A DNA stretch of 64,000 nucleotides. It comes from the human T2T-CHM13v2.0 reference genome, Homo sapiens. Position numbers and translations under genes: made by a program. Shown here piece after piece: positions 24,721 to 39,700 of this stretch. Within the stretch, counting starts at the first letter, position 1. The number at the start of each line of letters is the position of its first letter. The stretch lies in the NCBI RefSeq assembly GCF_009914755.1, contig NC_060948.1. The stretch is one strand, 5' to 3'. Below the pieces are notes generated by a model. It ran no database searches and was not told the DNA's origin. It saw nothing but the letters and a program-made list of their open reading frames with translations.

Positions 24721-27700
24721 GGAATCGAATCGAATGGAAAGGACTCGAATGGAAATCACTCGAATAGAATGCAATTTAATAAAATAGGATCAAATGTAAT
24801 GGAATGGAATGGAAAGGAATCGAAACGAAAGGAATGGAGACAGATGGAATGGAATGGAACAGAGAGCAATGGTATAGAATGGCATGGAATCATCTGGAAT
24901 GGAATTGAATGTAATAGAATAATATGAAATGGAATGGAATGGAATGGAATGCCCTTGAATTAAATGGACTGGAATGGAATGGACTCGAACAGAGTGGAAT
25001 GGAAAGTGTTGAAATAGAATGGAATGGACTCGTTTGGAATGGTCTAGTATGCAATGCAATCGACTGGCAGGGAATCAAAAGGAATGTAATCGAATGGATT
25101 GGACTGGAATGCAATGGACTCGAATAGATTGGAAACGGAAAGCAAAGGAATGGAATGGAATAGTATGGAATGGAATGCAAAGGAATGGAGTGGAATAGAC
25201 TAGAGTGGAATGGAATGGACTCGAAAGCAATGGACTGGAATGGAACTTTCTTGAATGGACTGGAATCAAACGGAATGGAATGCAATGCAATCAAATGGCA
25301 TGGAATAAAATAGAATGAAAGAGAATCAAATGGAATTGAATCGAATGGAATCGAATGGATTGGAAAGGAATAGAATGGAATGGAATGGAATTGACTCAAA
25401 TGGAATGGACTAGAATGGAATGGATTCGAATGGAAGGCAAAGGAATGGAATCTATTGGAATGGACTGTAATGGAATGGAATGGAAGGGATTGGAATGGAC
25501 TCGAATGGAATGGACTGCAATAGAAAGGATTCGAATTGAATGAAAAAGAATTGAATGGAATAGAACAGAATGGAATCAAATCGAATGAAATGGAATGGAA
25601 TAGAAAGGAATGGAATGAAATGGAATGGAAAGGATTCGAATGGAATGCAATCGAATGGAATGGAATCGAACGGAATGGAATAAAATGGAAGAAAACTGGC
25701 AAGAAATGGAATCGAAATGAATGGAGTGTTATGGAACGGACTCAAAAGGAATTGAATGTAATAGAATGGAGTGGAGTGGACTCGAATATAATGGACTGGA
25801 ATGGAATGAAATCACATGGAATGGGAACGAATGGAATGGAATGGAAAGGAATGGAATCGAATGGAAAGGAATCGAATGGAAGGGAATGCAATTGAATCAA
25901 CAGGAATGGAAGGGAATAGAATAGACGGTAATGGAATGGACTCGAATAGAATGGACACGAATGCTCAAATTGAATGGACTCGAATGGAATGGAAACGAAA
26001 GGAATGTCATCGAATGGAATTGAATCGATTGGAATGAAATCGCATAGAATGGAGTGGAATCAAATGGAATTGAATCGAAAGGAAAGGAAGCGAATGGACT
26101 GAAATGGAATGGAATGGAATTGAATGGAAAGTAATGCAATGGAATAGAATGGAACGAAATTTCACGGAATGGAATGAAACTGAATGGAATCAAATCAATG
26201 GAATCTAATCAAGTGGAATGGAAAGGAATTGAATGGAGTAGATTGGATTGGATGGGATTGGAATGAAATGTACTGGAAAGGACTCGAATTTCATGAAACG
26301 GAATGGAATGAATTGGAACGGAATGGACTCGAATGGAATGGAATGTCATGGAATGGCATCAAATGGAATGGCATCAAATGGAATGGAATCGAATGCAATG
26401 GAATGCTATGGAATGGAATGGAATGCATTGGAATGGAATGTCCTCTAATGGAATGGATTCGAGTGGAATGGAATCGAATATAATGGAGTCGAATGAAATG
26501 GAATTGAAAGGAATGGGATCGAATACAATGGAATATACTGGAATGTAACGTAATGAACTCGAATGTAATTGACTGGAATGGAATGTACATGAATGGAATG
26601 TAATAGAATGGAAAGTAATCCAATGGAATAGAATCTAATGCAATAAAATCGACTCAGATAGAGTAGAATGTAATGGAATGGAGTGCAGTGCAATGGAATG
26701 GAATGCAATGGAATGGAATGGAATGGAGTGGAATGGAATGGAATGGGATGGAATGGTGTGGAATGGATAGCAATGGACTGGAGTGAAATGGACTGGAAAG
26801 GAATGGACTCAAATTGAAAGGGCTCGAAAGGAATGGAGTCAAATGGAATGGTCTGGAATGGAATGAACACGAATGTAATGCAATCCAATAGAATGGAATC
26901 GAATGGCATGGAATATAAAGAAATGGAATCGAAGAGAATGGAAACAAATGGAATGGAATTGAATGGAATGGAATTGAATGGAATGGGAAGGAATGGAGTG
27001 AAATTGTATGCAGTAGAAGAGAATAGAATGGAATGCAAGCGAAAGGAAAGGAATGGATTGGAATGGAATGGAATTCATTGGAATGGAAGGGAATGTAGTG
27101 TAATGGACAGGCCTGGAATAAAGTGGAATGCTACGGTCTCGAATGGAATAAAAGTATATGGAATGCAATGCAATGAAACGGAATCGAATGTCATAGAATG
27201 TAATGGAATGCAAAAAAATGGAATCCAAAATCATTGACTGGAAAGGCTGGGTGTCGAAAGGAATTGACTCCAATGGAATGGAATCGAATGGAATGGAAGT
27301 GAATAGAATCGAACTAAATCGAATGGAATGGAATTGATAGGAACGGAATGGAAAGGAATGCAATGATTTGGCATGGAATGGAATCGAATGGCATCGAATG
27401 GAATGGAATAGAATGCAATGGAATGGAATGTATTAGAATGTAATGAACTTTAATGGAATGTACTCGAATGGATTCGACTGGAATGGAATGTTCTGGAAGT
27501 GAATGGACTCCAATGGAATGGATTCAAAAGGAATGGAATCGTACGGAATGGAATCTAATGGAATGGAATTAAATGGAAATGAATCAAAGTGAATAGAACG
27601 GAATTGAATTGAATGGAATCGAATGCAATGGAATCTAATGAAACGGAAAGGAAAGGAATGGAATGGAATGGAATGGGCTGGAATGGAAAGGAATCGAAAC

Positions 27701-30700
27701 GAATGGAATGGAACCGAACTGAAGAGACTGGAATGGAATGCACTGGAATGGAAGGGAGTGTAATGGAAGGTTCTCGAAAAAAATGGAATCGAATGGAATG
27801 GAATTGAATGGAACGGAATAGAGTCGAATGGATTTGAATGGAATGGAATGGACTAGAGTGAAATGGAATCGAATCACAAGGAATGGACAGGAATAGAATG
27901 GTCTCGAATTGAATGGAATCGTATGGAATGGCATCAAACGGAATGGAATGGACAGCCACGGAATGGAATGCACTCGAATGCAATGGAGTCAAAACTAATG
28001 GACTAGAATAAAATGGACTCGACTGGTACGGACTCCAATGGAATGGAATCGAATGGAAGGGAATCGAACGGAATGGACTCGAAGGGAAAAGACTGCAATG
28101 GAAAGGTCTCGAATGGAATGGAAATTAATGGAATGGAATGGAATCGAATGAAATGGAGTCAAAAGGAATGGAATCGAATGGCAAGAAATCGAATGTAATG
28201 GAATCGCAAGGAATTGATGTGAACGGAACGGAATGGAATGGAATCCAAAGGAATGGAATAGAATGGAATGGAATCGAATGGAAAGGACTCAAATGGAAAT
28301 CACTCGAATAGAATGCAATTTAATAAAATAGGATCAAATGTAATGGAATGGAATGGAAAGGAATCGAAACGAAAGGAATGGAGACAGATGGAATGGAATG
28401 GAACAGAGAGCAATGGTATAGAATGGAATGGAATCATCTAGAATGGAATTGAATGGAATGGAATAATATGAAATGGAATGGAATGGAATGGAATGCCCTT
28501 GAATTAAATGGACTGGAATGGAATGGACTCGAAGAGAGTGGAATGGAAAGTGTTGAGATAGAATGGAATGGACTCCTTTGGAATGGTGTAGTATGCAATG
28601 CAATCGACTGGCAGGGAATCAAAAGGAATGTAATCGAATGGATTGGACTGGAATGCGATGGACTCGAATAGTTTGGAAACGGAATGCAAAGGAATGGAAT
28701 GGAATAGTATGGAATGGAATGGAAAGGAATGGAGTGGAATAGACTAGAGTGGAATGGAATGGACTGGAAAGCAATGGACTGGAATGGAACTTTCTTGAAT
28801 GGACTGGAATCAAACGGAATGGAATGCAATGCAATCAAATGGCATGGAATAAAATAGAATGAAAGAGAATCAAATGGAATTGAATCGAATGGAATCGAAT
28901 GGATTGGAAAGGAATAGAATGGAATGGAATGGAATTGACTCAAATGGAATGGACTAGAATGGAATGGATTCGAATGGAAGGCAAAGGAATGGAATCTATT
29001 GGAATGGACTGTAATGGAATGGAATGGAAGGGATTGGAATGGACTCGAATGGAATGGACTGCAATAGAAAGGATTCGAATGGAATGAAAAAGAATTGAAT
29101 GGAATAGAACAGAATGGAATCAAATCGAATGAAATGGAATGGAATAGAAAGGAATGGAATGAAATGGAATGGAAAGGATTCGAATGGAATGCAATCGAAT
29201 GGAATGGAATCGAACGGAATGGAATAAAATGGAAGCAAACTGGCAAGAAATGGAATCGAAATGAATGGAGTGTTATGGAACGGACTCAAAAGGAATTGAA
29301 TGTAATAGAATGGAGTGGAGTGGACTCGAATATAATGGACTGGAATGGAATGAAATCACATGGAATGGGAACGAATGGAATGGAATGGAAAGGAATGGAA
29401 TCGAATGGAAAGGAATCGAATGGAAGGGAATGCAATTGAATCAACAGGAATGGAAGGGAATAGAATAGACGGTAATGGAATGGACTCGAATAGAATGGAC
29501 ACGAATGCTCAAATTGAATGGACTCGAATGGAATGGAAACGAAAGGAATGTCATCGAATGGAATTGAATCGATTGGAATGAAATCGCATAGAATGGAGTG
29601 GAATCAAATGGAATTGAATCGAAAGGAAAGGAAGCCAATGGACTGAAATGAAATGGAATGGAATTGAATGGAAAGTAATGCAATGGAATAGAATGGAACG
29701 AAATTTCACGGAATGGAATGAAACGGAATGGAATCAAATCAATGGAATCTAATCAAGTGGAATGGAAAGGAATTGAATGGATTAGATTGGATTGGATGGG
29801 ATTGGAATGAAATGTACTGGAAAGGACTCGAATTTCATGAAACGGAATGGAATGAATTGGAACGGATTGGACTCGAATGGAATGGAATGTCATGGAATGG
29901 CATCAAATGGAATGGCATCAAATGGAATGGAATCGAATGCAATGGAATGCTATGGAATGGAATGGAATGCATTGGAATGGAATGTCCTCTAATGGAATGG
30001 ATTCGAGTGGAACGGAATCGAATATAATGGAGTCGAATGACATGGAATTGAAAGGAATGGGATCGAATACAATGGAATATACTGGAATGTAATGTAATGA
30101 ACTCGAATGTAATTGACTGGAATGGAATGTACATGAATGGAATGTAATCGAATGGAAAGTAATCCAATGGAATAGAATCTAATGCAATAAAATCGACTCA
30201 GATAGAGTAGAATGTAATGGAATTGAGTGCAGTGCAATGGAATGGAATGGAATGGAATGCAATGGAATGGAATGGAATGGAATGGAATGGGATGGAATGG
30301 TATGGAATGGATAGTAATGGACTGGAGTGAAATGGACTGGAAAGGAATGGACTCAAATTGAAAGGGCTCGAAAGGAATGTAGTCAAATGGAATGGTCTGG
30401 AATGGAATGAACACGAATGTAATGCAATCCAATAGAATGGAATCGAATGGCATGGAATATAAAGAAATGGAATCGAAGAGAATGGAAACAAATGGAATGG
30501 AATTGAATGGAATGGAATTGAATGGAATGGGAACGAATGGAGTGAAATTGTATGCAGTAGAAGAGAATAGAATGGAATGCAAGCGAAAGGAAAGGAATGG
30601 ATTGGAATGGAATGGAATTCATTGGAATGGAAGGGAATGTAGTGTAATGGACAGGCCTGGAATAAAGTGGAATGCTACGGTCTCGAATGGAATAAAAATG

Positions 30701-33700
30701 TATGGAATGGAATGCAATGAATCGGAATCGAATGTCATAGAATGTAATGGAATGCAAAAAAATGGAATCCAAAATCATTGACTGGAAAGGCTGGGTGTCG
30801 AAAGGAATTGACTCCAATGGAATGGATTCGAATGGAATGGAAGTGAATAGAATCGAACTAAATCGAATGGAATGGAATTGATAGGAACGGAATGGAAAGG
30901 AATGCAATGATTTGGCATGGAATGGAATCGAATGGCATCGAATGGAATGGAATGGAATGCAATGGAATGGAATGTATTAGAATGTAATGAACATTAATGG
31001 AATGTACTCGAATGGATTCGACTGGAATGGAATGTTCTGGAAGTGAATGGACTCCAATGGAATGGATTCGAAAGGAATGGAATCGAACGGAATGGAATCT
31101 AATGGAATGGAATTAAATGGAAATGAATCAAATTGAATAGCACGGAATTGAATTGAATGGAATCGAATGCAATGGAATCTAATGAAACGGAAAGGAAAGG
31201 AATGGAATGGAATGGAATGGGATGGAATGGAAAGGAATCGAAACGAATGGAATGGAATTGAACTGAAGAGACTGGAATGGAATGCACTGGAATGGAAGGG
31301 AGTGTAATGGAAGGTTCTCGAAAAAAATGGAATCGAATGGAATGGAATTGAATGGAACGGAATAGAGTCGAATGGAATTGAATGGAATGGAATGGACTAG
31401 AGTGAAATGGAATCGAATCACAAGGAATGGACAGGAATAGAATGGTCTCGAATTGAATGGAATCATATGGAATGGCATCAAACGGAATGGAATGGACAGC
31501 CACGGAATGGAATGCACTCGAATGCAATGGAGTCGAAACTAATGGACTGGAATAGAATGGACTCGACTGGTACGGACTCCAATGGAATGGAATCGAATGG
31601 AAGGGAATCGAACGGAATGGACTCGAAGGGAAAAGACTGCAATGGAAAGGTCTCGAATGGAATGGAAATTAATGGAATGGAATGGAATCGAATGAAATGG
31701 AGTCAAAAGGAATGGAATCGAATGGCAAGAAATCGAATGTAATGGAATCGCAAGGAATTGATGTGAACGGAACGGAATGGAATGGAATCCAAAGGAATGG
31801 AATACAATGGAATGGAATCGAATGGAAAGGACTCGAATGGAAATCACTCGAATAGAATGCAATTTAATAAAATAGGATCAAATGTACTGGAATGGAATGG
31901 AAAGGAATCGAAACGAAAGGAATGGAGACAGATGGAATGGAATGGAACAGAGAGCAATGGTATAGAATGGAATGGAATCATCTGGAATGGAATTGAATGG
32001 AATGGAATAATATGAAATGGAATGGAATGCCCTTGAATTAAATGGACTGGAATGGAATGGACTCGAACAGAGTGGAATGGAAAGTGTTGAGATAGAATGG
32101 AATGGACTCCTTTGGAATGGTCTAGTAGGCAATGCCATCGACTGGCAGGGAATCAAAAGGAATGTAATCGAATGGATTGGACTGGAATGCAATGGACTCG
32201 AATAGATTGGAAACGGAATGCAAAGGAATGGAATGGAATAGTATGGAATGGAATGGAAAGGAATGGAGTGGAATAGACTAGAGTGGAATGGAATGGACTC
32301 GAAAGCAATGAACTGGAATGGAACTTTCTTGAATGGACTGGAATCAAACGGAATGGAATGCAATGCAGTCAAATGGCATGGAATAAAATAGAATGAAAGA
32401 GAATCAAATGGAATTGAATCGAATGGAATCGAATGGATTGGAAAGGAATAGAATGGAATGGAATGGAATTGACTCAAATGGAATGGACTAGAATGGAATG
32501 GATTCGAATGGAAGGCAAAGGAATGGAATCTATTGGAATGGACTGTAATGGAATGGAATGGAAGGGATTAGAATGGACTCGAATGGAATGGACTGCAATA
32601 GAAAGGATTCGAATGGAATGAAAAAGAATTGAATGGAATAGAACAGAATGGAATCAAATCGAATGAAATGGAATGGAATAGAAAGGAATGGAATGAAATG
32701 GAATGGAAAGGATTCGAATGGAATGCAATCGAATGGAATGGAATCGAACGGAATGGAATAAAATGGAAGAAAACTGGCAAGAAATGGAATCGAAATGAAT
32801 GGAGTGTTATGGAACGGACTCAAAAGGAATTGAATGTAATAGAATGGAGTGGAGTGGACTCGAATATAATGGACTGGAATGGAATGAAATCACATGGAAT
32901 GGGAACGAATGGAATGGAATGGAAAGGAATGGAATCGAATGGAAAGGAATCGAATGGAAGGGAATGAAATTGAATCAACAGGAATGGAAGGGAACAGAAT
33001 AGACGGTAATGGAATGGACTCGAATAGAATGGACATGAATGCTCAAATTGAATGGACTCGAATGGAATGGAAACGAAAGGAATGTCATCGAATGGAATTG
33101 AATCGATTGGAAAGAAATCGCATTGAATGGAGTGGAATCAAATGGAATTGAATCGAAAGGAAAGGAAGCGAATGGAATGAAATGAAATGGAATGGAATTG
33201 AATGGAAAGTAATGCAATGGAATAGAATGGAACGAAATTTCACGGAATGGAATCAAACTGAATGGAATCAAATCAATGGAATCTAATCAAATGGAAGGGA
33301 AAGGAATTGAATGGAGTAGATTGGATTGGATGGGATTGAAAAGAAATGTACTGGAAAGGACTCGAATTTCATGAAACGGAATGGAATGAATTGGAACGTA
33401 ATGGACTCGAATGGAATGGAATGTCATGGAATGGCATCAAATGGAATGGCATCAAATGGAATGGAATCGAATGCAATGGAATGCTATGGAATGGAATGGA
33501 ATGCATTGGAATGGAATGTCCTCTAATGGAATGGATTCGAGTGGAATGGAATCGAATATAATGGAGTCGAATGAAGTGGAATTGAAAGGAATGGGATCGA
33601 ATAGAATGGAATATACTGGAATGTAATGTAATGAACTCGAATGTAATTGACTGGAATGGAATGTACATGAATGGAATGTAATCGAATGGAAAGTAATCCA

Positions 33701-36700
33701 ATGGAATAGAATCTAATGCAATAAAATCGACTCAGATAGAGTAGAATGTAATGGAATGGAGTGCAGTGGAAAGGAATGGAATGGAATGGAATGCAATGGA
33801 ATGGTATGGAATGGAATGGAATGGAATGGAATGGAATGGGATGGAATGGTATGGAATGGATAGTAATGGACTGGAGTGAAATGGACTGGAAAGGAATGGA
33901 CGCAAATTGAAAGGGCTCGAAAGGAATGGAGTCAAATGGAATGGTCTGGAATGGAATGAACACGAATGTAATGCAATCCAATAGAATGGAATCGAATGGC
34001 ATGGAATATAAAGAAATGGAATCGAAGAGAATGGAAACAAATGGAATGGAATTGAATGGAATGGAATTGAATGGAATGGGAAAGAATGGAGTGAAATTGT
34101 ATGCAGTAGAAGAGAATAGAATGGAATGCAAGCGAAAGGAAAGGAATGGATTGGAATGGAATGGAATTCATTGAAATGGAAGGGAATGTAGTGTAATGGA
34201 CAGGCCTGGAATAAAGTGGAATGCTACGATCTCGAATGGAATAAAAATGTATGGAATGGAATGCAATGAAACGGAATCGAATGTCATAGAATGTAATGGA
34301 ATGCAAAAAAATGGAATCCAAAATCATTGACTGGAAAGGCTGGGTGTCGAAAGGAATTGACTCCAATGGAATGGAATCGAATGGAATGGAAGTGAATAGA
34401 ATCGAACTAAATCGAATGGAATGGAATTGATAGGAACGGAATGGAAAGGAATGCAATGATTTGGCATGGAATGGAATCGAATGGCATCGAATGGAATGGA
34501 ATGGAATGCAATACAATGGAATGTATTAGAATGTAATGAAAATTAATGGAATGTACTCGAATGGATTCGACTGGAATGGAATGTTCTGGAAGTGAATGGA
34601 CTCCAATGGAATGGATTCGAAAGGAATGGAATCGAACGGAATGGAATCTAATGGAATGGAATTAAATGGAAATGAATCAAATTGAATAGCACGGAATTGA
34701 ATTGAATGGAATGGAATGCAATGGAATCTAATGAAACGGAAAGGAAAGGAATGGAATGGAATGGAATGGGCTGGAATGGAAAGGAATCGAAACGAATGGA
34801 ATGGAATCGAACTGAAGAGACTGGAATGGAATGCACTGGAATGGAAGGGAGTGTAATGGAAGGTTCTCGAAAAAAATGGAATCGAATGGAATGGAATTGA
34901 ATGGAACGGAATAGAGTCGAATGGAATTGAATGGAATGGAATGGACTAGAGTGAAATGGAATCGAACCACAAGGAATGGACAGGAATAGAATGGTCTCGA
35001 ATTGAATGGAATCGTATGGAATGGCATCAAACGGAATGGAATGGACAGCCACGGAATGGAATGCACTCGAATGCAATGGAGTCGAAACTAATGGACTGGA
35101 ATAGAATGGACTCGACTGGTACGGACTCCAATTGAATGGAATCCAATGGAAGGGAATCGAACGGAATGGACTCGAAGGGAAAAGACTGCAATGGAAAGGT
35201 CTCGAATGGAATGGAAATTAATGGAATGGAATGGAATCGAATGAAATGGAGTCAAAAGGAATGGAATCGAATGGCAAGAAATCGAATGTAATGGAATCGC
35301 AAGGAATTGATGTGAACGGAACGGAATGGAATGGAATCCAAAGGAATGGAATAGAATGGAATGGAATCGAATGGAAAGGACTCGAATGGAAATCACTCGA
35401 ATAGAATGCAATTTAATAAAATAGGATCAAATGTACTGGAATGGAATGGAAAGGAATCGAAACGAAAGGAATGGAGACAGATGGAATGGAATGGAACAGA
35501 GAGCAATGGTATAGAATGGAATGGAATCATCTGGAATGGAATTGAATGGAATGGAATAATATGAAATGGAATGGAATGGAATGGAATGGAATGCCCTTGA
35601 ATTAAATGGACTGGAATGGAATGGACTCGAACAGAGTGGAATGGAAAGTGTTGAGATAGAATGGAATGGACTCCTTCGGAATGGTGTAGTAAGCAATGCA
35701 ATCGACTGGCAGGGAATCAAAAGGAATGTAATCGAATGGATTGGACTGGAATGCAATGGACTCGAATAGATTGGAAACGGAATGCAAAGGAATGGAATGG
35801 AATAGTATGGAATGGAATGGAAAGGAATGGAGTGGAATAGACTAGAGTGGAATGGAATGGACTGGAAAGCAATGGACTGGAATGGAACTTTCTTGAATGG
35901 ACTGGAATCAAACGGAATGGAATGCAATGCAATCAAATGGCATGGAATAAAATAGAATGAAAGAGAATCAAATGGAATTGAATCGAATGGAATCGAATGG
36001 ATTGGAAAGGAATAGAATGGAATGGAATGGAATTGACTCAAATGGAATGGACTAGAATGGAATGGATTCGAATGGAAGGCAAAGGAATGGAATCTATTGG
36101 AATGGACTGTAATGGAATGGAATGGAAGGGATTGGAATGGACTCAAATGGAATGGACTGCAATAGAAAGGATTCGAATGGAATGAAAAAGAATTGAATGG
36201 AATAGAACAGAATGGAATCAAATCGAATGAAATTGAATGGAATAGAAAGGAATGGAATGAAATGGAATGGAAAGGATTCGAATGGAATGCAATTGAATGG
36301 AATGGAATCCAACGGAATGGAATAAAATGGAAGAAAACTGGCAAGAAATGGAATCGAAATGAATGGAGTGTTATGGAATGGACTCAAAAGGAATTGAATG
36401 TAATAGAATGGAGTGGAGTGGACTCGAATATAATGGACTGGAATGGAATGAAATCACACGGAATGGGAACGAATGGAATGGAATGGAAAGGAATGGAATC
36501 GAATGGAAAGGAATCGAATGGAAGGGAATGAAATTGAATCAACAGGAATGGAAGGGAATAGAATAGACGGTAATGGAATGGACTCGAATAGAATGGACAC
36601 GAATGCTCAAATTGAATGGACTCGAATGGAATGGAAACGAAAGGAATGTCATCGAATGGAATTGAATCGATTGGAATGAAATCGCATAGAATGGAGTGGA

Positions 36701-39700
36701 ATCAAATGGAATTGAATCGAAAGGAAAGGAAGCGAATGGACTGAAATGAAATGGAATGGAATTGAATGGAAAGTAATGCAATGGAATAGAATGGAACGAA
36801 ATTTCACGGAATGGAATCAAACTGAATGGAATCAAATCAATGCAATCAAATCAAATGGAATGGAAAGGAATTGAATGGAGTAGATTGGATTGGATGGGAT
36901 TGGAATGAAATGTACTGGAAAGGACTCGAATTTCATGAAACGGAATGGAATGAATTGGAACGGAATGGACTCGAATGGAATGGAATGTCATGGAATGGCA
37001 TCAAATGGAATGGCATCAAATGGAATGTAATCGAATGCAATGGAATGTTATGGAATGGAATGGAATGCATTGGAATGGAATGTCCTCTAATGGAATGGAT
37101 TCGAGTGGAATGGAATCGAATATAATGGAGTCGAATGAAATGGAATTGAAAAGAATGGGATCGAATACAATGGAATATACTGGAATGTAATGTAATGAAC
37201 TCGAATGTAATTGACTGGAATGGAATGTACATGAATGGAATGTAATCGAATGGAAAGTAATCCAATGGAATAGAATCTAATGCAATAAAATCGACTCAGA
37301 TAGAGTAGAATGTAATGGAATGGAGTGCAGTGCAATGGAATGGAATGGAATGGAATGCAATGGAATGGAATGGAATGGAATGGAATGGGATGGAATGGTA
37401 TGGAATGGATAGTAATGGACTGGAGTGAAATGGACTGGAAAGGAATGGACTCAAATTGAAAGGGCTCGAAAGGAATGGAGACAAATGAAATGGTCTGGAA
37501 TGGAATGAACACGAATGTAATGCAATCCAATAGAATGGAGTCGAATGGCAGGGAATATAAAGAAATGGAATCGAAGAGAATGTAAACAAATGGAATGGAA
37601 TTGAATGGAATGGAATTGAATGGAATGGGAACGAATGGAGTGAAATTGTATGCAGTAGAAGAGAATAGAATGGAATGCAAGCGAAAGGAAAGGAATGGAT
37701 TGGAATGGAATGGAATTCATTGGAATGGAAGGGAATGTAGTGTAATGGACAGGCCTGGAATAAAGTGGAATGCTACGGTCTCGAATGGAATAAAAATGTA
37801 TGGAATGGAATGCAATGAAACGGAATCGAATGTCATAGAATGTAATGGAATGCAAAAAAATGGAATCCAAAATCATTGACTGGAAAGGCTGGGTGTCGAA
37901 AGGAATTGACTCCAATGGAATGGAATCGAATGGAATGGAAGTGAATAGAATCGAACTAAATCGAATGGAATGGAATTGATAGGAACGGAATGGAAAGGAA
38001 TGCAATGATTTGGCATGGAATGGAATCGAATGGCATCGAATGGAATGGAATGGAATGCAATGGAATGGAATGTATTAGAATGTAATGAACTTTAATGGAA
38101 TGTACTCGAATGGATTCGACTGGAATGGAATGTTCTGGAAGTGAATGGACTCCAATGGAATGGATTCAAAAGGAATGGAATCGTACGGAATGGAATCTAA
38201 TGGAATGGAATTAAATGGAAATGAATCAAATTGAATAGCACGGAATTGAATTGAATGGAATGGAATGCAATGGAATCTAATGAAACGGAAAGGAAAGGAA
38301 TGCAATGGAATGGAATGGGCTGGAATGGAAAGGAATCGAAACGAATGGAATGGAATCGAACTGAAGAGACTGGAATGGAATGCACTGGAATGGAAGGGAG
38401 TGTAATGGAAGGTTCTCGAAAAAAATGGAATCGAATGGAATGGAATTGAATGGAACGGAATAGAGTCGAATGGAATTGAATGGAATGGAATGGACTAGAG
38501 TGAAATGGAATCGAACCACAAGGAATGGACAGGAATAGAATGGTCTCGAATTGAATGGAATCGTATGGAATGGCATCAAACGGAATGGAATGGACAGCCA
38601 CGGAATGGAATGCACTCGAATGCAATGGAGTCGAAACTAATGGACTGGAATAGAATGGACTCGACTGGTACGGACTCCAATGGAATGGAATCGAATGGAA
38701 GGGAATCGAACGGAATGGACTCGAAGGGAAAAGACTGCAATGGAAAGGTCTCGAATGGAATGGAAATTAATGGAATGGAATGGAATCGAATGAAATGGAG
38801 TCAAAAGGAATGGAATCGAATGGCAAGAAATCGAATGTAATGGAATCGCAAGGAATTGATGTGAACGGAACGGAATGGAATGGAATCCAAACGAATGGAA
38901 TAGAATGGAATGGAATCGAATGGAAAGGACTCGAATGGAAATCACTCGAATAGAATGCAATTTAATAAAATAGGATCAAATGTAATGTAATGGAATGGAA
39001 TGGAATCGAAGCGAAAGCAATGGAGACAGATGGAATGGAATGGAACAGAGAGCAATGGTATAGAATGGAATGGAATCATCTGGAATGGAATTGAATGGAA
39101 TGGAATAATATGAAATGGAATGGAATGGAATGGAATGGAATGCCCTTGAATTAAATGGACTGGACTCGAACAGAGTGGAATGGAAAGTGTTGAGATAGAA
39201 TGGAATGGACTCCTTTGGAATGGTCTAGTATGCAATGCAATCGACTGGCAGGGAATCAAAAGGAATGTAATGGAATGGATTGGACTGGAATGCAATGGAC
39301 TCGAATAGATTGGAAACGGAATGCAAAGGAATGGAATGGAATAGTATGGAATGGAATGGAAAGGAATGGAGTGGAACAGACTAGAGTGGAATGGAATGGA
39401 GTGGAAAGCAATGGACTGGAATGGAACTTTCTTGAATGGACTGGAATCAAACGGAATGTAATGCAATGCAATCAAATGGCATGGAATAAAATAGAATGAA
39501 AGAGAATCAAATGGAATTGAATCGAATGGAATCGAATGGATTGGAAAGGAATAGAATGGAATGGAATGGAATTGACTCAAATGGAATGGACTAGAATGGA
39601 ATGGATTCGAATGGAAGGCAAAGGAATGGAATCTATTGGAATGGACTGTAATGGAATGGAATGGAAGGGATTGGAATGGCCTCGAATGGAATGGACTGCA

